Below, piece by piece: positions 56,810-64,000 of a stretch of DNA of 64,000 nucleotides (within the stretch, counting starts at the first letter, position 1; each line of letters opens with the position of its first letter). The DNA lies in assembly GCA_965262915.1 (NCBI GenBank), contig OZ253564.1, positions 2,592,001 through 2,656,000 on the forward strand, read 5' to 3'. Made by a program: the position numbers and the translations under genes. This stretch comes from Candidatus Spongiisociaceae bacterium. Its GTDB lineage: Bacteria; Actinomycetota; Acidimicrobiia; Spongiisociales; Spongiisociaceae. A model generated the notes under the pieces. It worked only from the letters and a program-made list of their open reading frames with translations, was not told where the DNA came from and made no database searches.

Positions 56810-56893
56810 TCCTAGGAATGGGACTCGAACCCATACGCCCTCGCGGGCACCGGATTTTGAGTCCGGCGCGTCTACCAATTCCGCCATCCCGGC
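56810..56893 (-). tRNA. tRNA-Leu (anticodon CAA) with a defective acceptor stem, possibly a pseudo-tRNA
   Basis: Normal D-arm, CCGGA-CTCAAAA-TCCGG anticodon arm, long variable arm and T-arm. The 5' strand GCCGGGA faces 3' TCCTAGG (two mismatches plus one G-U). Confidence 0.85.
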
Positions 56894-56994
56894 CGGGAAC
56901 GTCGATGTTAATCGGATGGGCGGCCGGTGCCCTAGGCGGTCTCGGCTACGGCGTCGGGGTGGGAGGAGTTGTCAGGATGCTCGACAGCCCGCGT

Positions 56995-57161
56995 TGGTAG
57001 TCTGTCTGCAAAATAACCTGGCGTGTTCTGCTTGCCATCGACGCTCCTCGCGGTGTTCCGCCTCCTCGACGTACCGCTGCGGGTACGCCTTCGTCGGCGG
57101 GCCTTGCGAGCAACGCCGCTGCCGGCGCATACCACGCGGCCGTCTCACAGACAGACCACTA
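56995..57161. mobile_element. 167-bp MITE, family A, copy 2
   Basis: Closely similar to 41856-42022; ends TGGTAGTCTGTCTG...CAGACAGACCACTA. Confidence 0.85.
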
Positions 57162-57266
57162 GCATCGCGGGCAGTTGTCCTTTGCTTACCCGCCGGTCGC
57201 GGCGAACGACGTGTCCGGCCTACGCGCAGGAACCTGTACCCCCACGATCCGGCGGTTATCAAGTTC

Positions 57267-59060
57267 ATGGATCAGTCCCGCATACGCAACGTCGCCATCA
57301 TCGCCCACATCGACCACGGCAAGTCAACGCTGGCCGACCGTTTCCTGGAGTTGTGCAGGGCGGTGGCGCCGCGGGAGATGCGGGCGCAGTACCTCGACTC
57401 GATGGACCTCGAGCGGGAGCGCGGTATCACCATCAAGCTGCAGAGCGTGCGCCTTTCCTACGGCCCGTGGTGTATCAACCTGATCGACACTCCCGGTCAT
57501 GTGGACTTCGGATACGAGGTGTCCCGCTCCCTGGCGGCGTGCGAGGGCGTGATCCTGCTCGTGGATGCGGCCCAAGGCATCGAGGCCCAGACCCTGGCCA
57601 ACTGCACCATGGCGCTCGAGCACGATCTGACCATCGTGGCGGCCCTCAACAAGGTCGACCTGCCCGCCGCGGACCCCGATCGGGTCGCGGGGGAGATCGA
57701 GCAGGTGCTGGGGATTCCCGCCGAAGAGGTGCTTCGCATCTCCGCCAAGACCGGCGAGGGCGTGACGGACCTGCTCGACGCGGTCACCGAACGGGTTCCC
57801 GCCCCCTGCGCCGACCCGGATGCCGAGTTGCAGGCCCTGATCTTCGACTCCCACTTCGACAACTACCGGGGAGTGATCAGCTCGGTACGGATCGTGCAGG
57901 GCACGCTGCGGGCCGCCTCGCAGGTGCGGTTCATACAGACCGGGGCCGTCCACGGCGTGCAGGAGTTGGGGGTGCGGACCCCGACGGCGACCGGGGTGGG
58001 TGAACTGGGCCCGGGTGAGGTGGGATACCTCATCGCCGGGGTGAAGAACACCGCCGCGGCGCGCCCCGGCGAGACCGTGACCGACGCCCGCCATCCCTCC
58101 GGAGCGCCCCTGCCCGGATACCGCGAGCCCAAGGCGATGGTGTTCTGCGGTCTCTACCCGATCGACGGCGACGAGTACCCGGACCTGCGGGACGCCCTCG
58201 ACAGGCTGCGACTCAACGATTCGAGCTTCAGCTACTTTCCCGAGAGTTCCGCTGCCCTCGGCTTCGGATACCGGTGCGGATTCCTCGGCCTCCTGCATAT
58301 GGAGATCATCACCCAGCGCCTCAAGCGGGAGTTCGATCTGGACATCATCGCCACCAAACCGTCGGTCGAGTACCTGGTGCGTACCACCGCGGGCGAGGAA
58401 CTGGCGGTGGACAATCCCAGCCGCCTGCCGCCGCCCGGCGAGGTGGCCGCCATCGCCGAGCCGATCCTGCTGCTGAGCATCATCACCCCGGCCGCCTACA
58501 CGGGGCGGCTCATGGAGTTGTGCCAGCGGCGACGAGGCCGCCTGATCGGCATGGACTACCTGTCGCCGGAGCGGGTCGAGCTGCGTTACCGCCTACCCCT
58601 GGCAGAGGTCGTCACCGACTTCTACGACCAGCTGAAGAGCCGCACCCGGGGCTACGCCAGCCTCGACTACGAGCCCGACGGTTACGACGACGCCGACCTG
58701 GTCAGGGTCGATCTTCTGCTCCAGAGCGATCCGGTGGACGCGTTCAGCGCCATCGTCCATCGCAGCGAGGCCTACGCCTACGGCCGGACTATGACCGCCA
58801 AGCTTCACGAGCTGATACCCCGCCAGCAGTTCGACGTGCCCATCCAGGCCGCCATCGGCAGCCGGATCATCGCCCGCGAGACGGTGAAGGCCTACCGGAA
58901 GGACGTGACGGCCAAGCTCTACGGCGGCGACGTGACCCGCAAGCGCAAACTGCTGCAACGCCAGAAGGCCGGCAAGAAACGGATGAAGGCGATAGGTAGC
59001 GTCGAGGTGCCACCCGAGGCCTTCGTGTCGGTGATGAAAATCACGTCCGGACGCGGTTGA
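57267..59060 (+). CDS. lepA: Elongation factor 4 (LepA)
   Basis: [54 protein letters not shown]. Confidence 0.98.
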   Translation: MDQSRIRNVAIIAHIDHGKSTLADRFLELCRAVAPREMRAQYLDSMDLERERGITIKLQSVRLSYGPWCINLIDTPGHVDFGYEVSRSLAACEGVILLVDAAQGIEAQTLANCTMALEHDLTIVAALNKVDLPAADPDRVAGEIEQVLGIPAEEVLRISAKTGEGVTDLLDAVTERVPAPCADPDAELQALIFDSHFDNYRGVISSVRIVQGTLRAASQVRFIQTGAVHGVQELGVRTPTATGVGELGPGEVGYLIAGVKNTAAARPGETVTDARHPSGAPLPGYREPKAMVFCGLYPIDGDEYPDLRDALDRLRLNDSSFSYFPESSAALGFGYRCGFLGLLHMEIITQRLKREFDLDIIATKPSVEYLVRTTAGEELAVDNPSRLPPPGEVAAIAEPILLLSIITPAAYTGRLMELCQRRRGRLIGMDYLSPERVELRYRLPLAEVVTDFYDQLKSRTRGYASLDYEPDGYDDADLVRVDLLLQSDPVDAFSAIVHRSEAYAYGRTMTAKLHELIPRQQFDVPIQAAIGSRIIARETVKAYRKDVTAKLYGGDVTRKRKLLQRQKAGKKRMKAIGSVEVPPEAFVSVMKITSGRG

Positions 59061-59338
59061 GAGCCGTCAACCTCCAGCATTCGGGGCTGTCTCCGTCTCG
59101 ACGGGCTGCAGCCGCGGTATCTATATATCCGGTCGATACGAGAGGTTCGGTTGTGAAAACGGAAAGTGAAGGGGCTGTGGGGACCAGCCCCGTGTTCGGG
59201 AATCTCCTCCTGCGATAGTCCGAGGAGTTCTACTCCGAATTCCGTCTGCTACTCGCCTTCCTGCCGGCGCTGCGGGGAGCCCAGAAGGATTGGTGGATCG
59301 GCTGGGGCGGTTCCCCGGGCGGGGAGCAACTTGTCTGG

Positions 59339-60151
59339 TCAGGTGGCCTGGCGTCGAGTTGGCGAGATGGCATCCGCGAGCGCTCGGGTGGCGGTGGCGA
59401 TGCCCGAGATCGGGTCGTCCGACTCGAGTGCTCTACGGACTAGTGCAGAGCCTACGATGATGCCATCCACATGGGGGGTCAGGGCAGCCGCCTGCTCGGG
59501 TGTTCCGATTCCCACCCCCATCACCAGCGGAACGTCGGTTGCGGCCCTGATCCGGATGGCCAATTGTCGTGGTACATCGGAGACCGTGTCCCGTTCCCCG
59601 GTCACTCCCATTGCGGCCACCCCGTAGATGAACACCGGATCTCGGGCGGCGATGCGCAACAGGCGCTCGTCATGGGTGGTGGGGGCCGCGAACAGGACCA
59701 AGCCGATACCCGCTCGTTCGGTCGCCTCGATCACCGGCGATGCCTCTTCCAAGGGCAGGTCGGCCACGATCAGCCCGGATGCCCCCGCGTCGGCCGCCCG
59801 GCGGGAGAACTCCCCCGGACCCAGCCGGAAGACCGGATTCGCATACGACATGGCCAGCGAGGGGCGACCGGTCGCGTCCACCACCCGTCGGAGTATCTCC
59901 AACCCGCCCCGCAGGGTCATGCCCTGCTCGATGGCCCTGGCACTCGCCAGCTGGATGGTGGGTCCGTCCATGAGCGGATCGCTGTACGGGATGCCCACTT
60001 CGAAGGCGTCCGCCCCCGCCTCGGCCATCGCCACGAACGCCTCCACCGTCTGTTCCGGACTCGGTAAACCAGCGGTCATGAACGGCAGGAAGGCGGTGTG
60101 TCCCTCCTGCCTGACCCGTGCGAAAAGCCTGTCCAGATCCTTGCGACTCAT
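59339..60151 (-). CDS. trpA: Tryptophan synthase alpha chain
   Basis: EVGIPYSDPLMDGPTIQ, DLPLEEA, GVTG, DGIIVGSALV. Confidence 0.97.
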   Translation of the reverse strand: MSRKDLDRLFARVRQEGHTAFLPFMTAGLPSPEQTVEAFVAMAEAGADAFEVGIPYSDPLMDGPTIQLASARAIEQGMTLRGGLEILRRVVDATGRPSLAMSYANPVFRLGPGEFSRRAADAGASGLIVADLPLEEASPVIEATERAGIGLVLFAAPTTHDERLLRIAARDPVFIYGVAAMGVTGERDTVSDVPRQLAIRIRAATDVPLVMGVGIGTPEQAAALTPHVDGIIVGSALVRRALESDDPISGIATATRALADAISPTRRQAT

Positions 60152-60155
60152 CCGC

Positions 60156-61364
60156 TCACCTCATCCCGGTCTTGGTGGCGATCATCTCGACGTCCTTGTC
60201 CCCACGCCCCGAGAGGTTGAGCAGGACCGTGCTGTCCCGCAATCTGTCCGCCTCCTTCGCAACCCAGGCCACGGCATGGGCCGACTCGAGCGCGGGGATG
60301 ATCCCCTCGGTACGGGACAGCAGATCGACGCCACCCAACGCCTCATCGTCGGTGATGGATACGTACCGGGCCAGTCCTACGTCGGCGAAGTAGGCGTGTT
60401 CGGGTCCCACCCCCGGATAGTCAAGCCCGGCTGAGATGGAGTGCGCCTCCAGGACCTGGCCCTCCTCATCCTGGAGCATGTAGGTGCGGGCCCCGTGGAG
60501 GATGCCGGGCGACCCGGCCCCGATCGAGGCGCCGTGCCGGCCCGTCTCTATGCCGTGACCGGCCGCCTCCACACCGATGAGTTCAACTCCCTCATGCCCG
60601 GCGAACGGGTAGAACATTCCGATGGCGTTCGAGCCACCTCCGACGCACGCCACCACCACATCGGGTATCTCCCCTCGCAGTTGGGTGATGCTCTCCTCCC
60701 CTATCACCTTCTGGAACTCTCGCACGATCCACGGGAAAGGGTGGGGACCCACCACCGACCCGATTATGTAATGGGTGGTCTCGACGGTGCGAACCCAGTC
60801 GCGCATGGCCTCGTTGACCGCGTCCTTGAGCGTGCCGGCCCCGGAGGTCACGGGGATCACCTCCGTTCCCAACATGCGCATCCGCGCCACGTTGAGCGCT
60901 TGGCGCTCGATGTCCTTCTCCCCCATGTAGACCAGGCACTCGAGACCTGCGTAAGCGGCGGCGGTGGCGGTGGCCACCCCGTGCTGGCCGGCGCCGGTCT
61001 CTGCAATCAGGCGGCTCTTGCCCATACGGGTGGTGAGTAGCGCCTGGCCCAGCGCGTTGTTGATCTTGTGGGCGCCCGTGTGTGCTAGGTCCTCCCGCTT
61101 GAGGAGCACTCGTACGCCTATCTCCCGGGAGAGGCGATCGGCGCCGTGCAGCGGTGTGGGTCGCCCCGTGTATGTGTTCAACAGATCGTGGAACTCGCTC
61201 ACGAAGTTCCGGTCGGACCACGCCTGGGCGAACTCGGTAGCCAGTTCCCCCAAGGCCGGCATCAGGGTCTCGGGAGCGAACATGCCGCCGTACTCTCCGA
61301 AGCGGCCCCGTTCGTCGGGGCGGTCCAGCCGGAGTCCCTGACCTGTCCTCGCAGTTGCCGTCAT
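60156..61364 (-). CDS. trpB: Tryptophan synthase beta chain
   Basis: [59 protein letters not shown]. Confidence 0.98.
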   Translation of the reverse strand: MTATARTGQGLRLDRPDERGRFGEYGGMFAPETLMPALGELATEFAQAWSDRNFVSEFHDLLNTYTGRPTPLHGADRLSREIGVRVLLKREDLAHTGAHKINNALGQALLTTRMGKSRLIAETGAGQHGVATATAAAYAGLECLVYMGEKDIERQALNVARMRMLGTEVIPVTSGAGTLKDAVNEAMRDWVRTVETTHYIIGSVVGPHPFPWIVREFQKVIGEESITQLRGEIPDVVVACVGGGSNAIGMFYPFAGHEGVELIGVEAAGHGIETGRHGASIGAGSPGILHGARTYMLQDEEGQVLEAHSISAGLDYPGVGPEHAYFADVGLARYVSITDDEALGGVDLLSRTEGIIPALESAHAVAWVAKEADRLRDSTVLLNLSGRGDKDVEMIATKTGMR

Positions 61365-61975
61365 GGCCCTTCCTCCAGCTGTTTGGCGTTCTTTACGAAG
61401 TCCCGGATCCTGGCCGGATCCTTCACCCCCGGCGCCGACTCTAGGCCGGACGAGGCATCCACACCCCAGGGACGGTACCGCGACACCGCGTCCGCCACGT
61501 TGGACGGCTTCAGACCGCCCGCCAGGACGTAGCGGCTCCCGGGAGGAGGGAGCCATTCGGGCGCCACCTGCTCGCCGGTTCCGCCCAGACCGTCGGGCGA
61601 GTAGGCGTCGAGGAGGGCGGTATGTCCGGGAGGGAGCGCTCCGAGATCCACGGGACCCCGCACCCTGACGGGCCGGAGCACGAAAGCCCCGGCCTCGGCG
61701 GCCGCGTGGGCGGCTTCGGGTACGTGGTCGCCGTACGGCTGGACGCCGGCCGCCCCCACCCGGTCCACCAGGTCGACCAGGTCGCCGGGGGTGGCGTCGA
61801 GGGTGAGGATGACTGCGGGAAGGCGGGATGCGGAGGCGAGTCGGGCCGCGTCGTCGACCTCCAGGTACCTGGGCGTTCCCGGGACGAGCACCAGACCCAC
61901 CACGTCGGCGCCTGCCTCCGCGGCTGCCTCGAGATCGGACGCGGTGCGCATCCCGCACACCTTGACCCAGGTCAC
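61361..61975 (-). CDS. trpF: Phosphoribosylanthranilate isomerase
   Basis: [30 protein letters not shown]. Confidence 0.95.
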   Translation of the reverse strand: MTWVKVCGMRTASDLEAAAEAGADVVGLVLVPGTPRYLEVDDAARLASASRLPAVILTLDATPGDLVDLVDRVGAAGVQPYGDHVPEAAHAAAEAGAFVLRPVRVRGPVDLGALPPGHTALLDAYSPDGLGGTGEQVAPEWLPPPGSRYVLAGGLKPSNVADAVSRYRPWGVDASSGLESAPGVKDPARIRDFVKNAKQLEEGP

Positions 61976-62745
61976 GTCGCTCCCCGGAGCCCCGAGATGG
62001 CCACGGCGGGATCCGGCGATCTGGACAGGTACTCGCCCACGAGGAGAGCATCGTATCCCGCGGCCCGCAACCGGGCTGCATCCCGGGGGCCTGTGACTCC
62101 GCTCTCGGCCACCCGCACATCGACACCGTCCAGCAGGAGGGAGATATCTTCGGAGGTGGCCAGGTCCACATCGAAGGTGCGCAGGTCGCGGTTGTTGACC
62201 CCCACTATCCTGGCGCCGGCGTCCAGCGCCCGCGCCGTCTCCTCGCGGCTGTGAACCTCCACGAGGGCGGCCAGACCCGCTTGCGCGGCGGTACCCAGCA
62301 ACTCCGCGAGCAGCGCATCGTCCAGTATCGCCACGATCAGGAGCACCGCGTCGGCACCCATCACCCGCGCCTCCCAGATGTGCGCGGTATCCAAGGTGAA
62401 GTCCTTTCGCAGCGCCGGAAGGGACGTGGCGGCCCTCGCCGCTCGCAGATCGTCGGGGCTGCCCATGAAATGATCGGGCTCGGTGAGCACCGACATGGCG
62501 GCGGCGCCGCCCGTCTCGAAGGCTACCGCCCGCTCGGCAGGCTCCATACCGGCGTTGATCACGCCTTTCGACGGTGAGGCCCTCTTGAACTCGGCGATGA
62601 CTGACAGTCCGGGTGCGGCCAGCGCGCCGGCAAAGTCCCGGGCTGGAGGAAGACTCGCGGCCGCATCGCGGAGTTCGCCCTCACGTGACTTCAACGGGGC
62701 GAGGCGGTTGCGGACCGAGCCGATGATGTTGTCCAGCATGGGCAT
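61972..62745 (-). CDS. trpC: Indole-3-glycerol phosphate synthase
   Basis: [41 protein letters not shown]. Confidence 0.97.
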   Translation of the reverse strand: MPMLDNIIGSVRNRLAPLKSREGELRDAAASLPPARDFAGALAAPGLSVIAEFKRASPSKGVINAGMEPAERAVAFETGGAAAMSVLTEPDHFMGSPDDLRAARAATSLPALRKDFTLDTAHIWEARVMGADAVLLIVAILDDALLAELLGTAAQAGLAALVEVHSREETARALDAGARIVGVNNRDLRTFDVDLATSEDISLLLDGVDVRVAESGVTGPRDAARLRAAGYDALLVGEYLSRSPDPAVAISGLRGAT

Positions 62746-62802
62746 GAAGGCTAATCGGTGCTGGGGGAATCGTTGAACGATCACCGGAGTCCGGAGGCGC
62801 TG

Positions 62803-62903
62803 GGAGGGTGGTGTGAGATCCCCTCACGGCCTGTCGACCGATGACGTAAGGCCTGTTAAGAGGAAGGCGGGCCATTGCTCCCCATCGTCTTGCAGCACCC
62901 TCC
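62803..62903. mobile_element. 101-bp MITE-like repeat, family B, copy 2
   Basis: GGAGGGTGGTG...CAGCACCCTCC; shares the core GTCGACCGATGAC.TAA.GCCTGTT.AGAGGAAG with 18102-18202. Confidence 0.75.
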
Positions 62904-63838
62904 TACGAACCGATGAGGGGCAGTAGCTCGATCACTGCTCGCGCACTTCCCCGATCCCATGACACCGTCACATGGGTTCCCGGCGGCGCCTCGCGGCGGA
63001 TCAGGGCCAGGGCTACCGGCGCCCGCACCGCCAGGCTCTCCCCCACCGATGTGAGGGTTCCCACCACCTTGCCGGCGTGGGTCACCTGCGCCCCCACCGG
63101 AGGGATGACCGCATCGAGAAGTCTCACCCCTCTCAGGTTCCTGTTCACCCGTCCGCGGCTGTCGATGCGCGCCACCAGTTCCTGGCCGAGGAAGCAGCCC
63201 TTGGTGAGCGAGACCGCCTCGGGAACCAGTCCGGACTCCTGGGGGATGGTCTTGTGGTCCACGTCTATCCCGATGCGGGGTTCACCCGTTTCGATCCGGA
63301 GCGTCGTGTCCACCTGCCGTCCGACGGGCCGCAGGCCTCGCTTCCCGAGATCGGTCGAGTCCAGCCCGGCCACCAGGCGGTGCCTGATCGGTGCGTTCCG
63401 GACCTCCGCCACCAGGATCCCGTCCTCCTCCCGCCAACCGCCCCTAACCTCCAGGGAGGCGGGTGCGGGGCCCCAGACCTCGAAGACCTCCCTCGGGTCG
63501 GGCGCCAGCTCCACATCGACCCGCAGGCGCCAGCGTGACAGGTACCGGATTGTCTCCTCCTGACGGGAGGTTTCGCAGACGAGCCCCACCCGGTCCTCGC
63601 CGCGCAGCATCCACAGCAGCGCCTCCAGCTTCCCCCGCGGCTGCAGCAGCAAGGACCGGGCGATCTCCCCCGGAGCGAGGGCTTCCACGTCCTGGCTCAG
63701 CACCCCCTGCAGGAACGTGACGGTGTCAGGACCAACCGCCCAGAACAGGCTGCTGATCCCCCCGACGAACCCGGCGCCGTCATGGGCGGCGGCGTACTCC
63801 CCGGTCACGTCGCCGAACGAGTCGGGCCACCGGTTCAC
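62903..63838 (-). CDS. ygfZ: Folate-binding YgfZ/GcvT-family protein
   Basis: FLQGVLSQDV, PQE, KGCFLGQELVAR. Confidence 0.9.
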   Translation of the reverse strand: MNRWPDSFGDVTGEYAAAHDGAGFVGGISSLFWAVGPDTVTFLQGVLSQDVEALAPGEIARSLLLQPRGKLEALLWMLRGEDRVGLVCETSRQEETIRYLSRWRLRVDVELAPDPREVFEVWGPAPASLEVRGGWREEDGILVAEVRNAPIRHRLVAGLDSTDLGKRGLRPVGRQVDTTLRIETGEPRIGIDVDHKTIPQESGLVPEAVSLTKGCFLGQELVARIDSRGRVNRNLRGVRLLDAVIPPVGAQVTHAGKVVGTLTSVGESLAVRAPVALALIRREAPPGTHVTVSWDRGSARAVIELLPLIGS

Positions 63839-64000
63839 ACCATCTCCGCGCCGACGATGGCGGCCAGAGCCGCGGCCGCCTTGGCCTCGGTCTCCCGGTA
63901 CTCGGTCGTGGGGTCGGAATCGGTCACCAGGCCCGCCCCGGCCTGGACCCAGGCGGTTCCGTCGGCGATCACCACCGTCCGCAGGCAGATGGCGGTGTCG
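63835..64000 (-). CDS. trpE: Anthranilate synthase component I, C-terminal part (partial)
   Basis: DTAICLRTVV, VQAGAGLVTDSDP..EYRETEAKA; stop overlaps the ygfZ start; trp context. Confidence 0.85.
   Translation of the reverse strand, partial: DTAICLRTVVIADGTAWVQAGAGLVTDSDPTTEYRETEAKAAAALAAIVGAEMV

Noticed and set aside
56916-57266. N-terminal extensions of LepA and of the UvrD-like protein (41884-42036)
   Set aside because: Both derive from the family-A MITE; the conserved proteins start at 57267 and 42037.
59061-59338. Possible ncRNA between convergent lepA and trpA (also 17850-18100)
   Set aside because: Only short hairpins; no riboswitch or ncRNA motif recognisable without an Rfam search.
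60156-62171. Apparent 671-aa TrpB with a long N-terminal domain
   Set aside because: The extension overlaps trpF and trpC in another frame; TrpB starts at 61364.

Overview
High-GC actinobacterial chromosome segment. Mycothiol- and F420-dependent genes and many apparently leaderless TAnnnT promoters suggest Acidimicrobiia; the taxonomy is inferred, not proven. The backbone runs mostly on the - strand: trpE(partial)-ygfZ-trpC-trpF-trpB-trpA, lepA (+), tRNA-Leu(CAA), polA-rpsA-coaE-uvrB, uvrA, uvrC-rapZ-pgk-tpiA-gpmA-secG, two ABC transporter clusters, mscR with an MBL hydrolase, and tRNA-Leu(GAG). Five accessory features stand out. (1) A transposase-free tnpB element bounded by 24-bp terminal inverted repeats and an 8-bp target duplication, which canonical IS200/IS605 and IS607 elements lack. 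(2) A ProX (betaine-binding) domain fused to a GluR0-type ligand-gated K+ channel, divergent from a BCCT transporter plus orphan ProX lipoprotein operon. (3) A ~1710-aa DEDDh exonuclease-DinG-RecQ fusion followed by a degenerate-NERD/UvrD helicase and a PIN toxin-antitoxin pair. (4) Many degenerate 7-bp tandem arrays at gene junctions, some in inverted pairs around short inserts such as a four-helix-bundle gene. (5) Three MITE families, an IS982-like element, several decay scars and a tRNA-Leu(CAA) with a broken acceptor stem. No CRISPR array or rRNA was seen. All calls come from reading the sequence by eye, without database searches.
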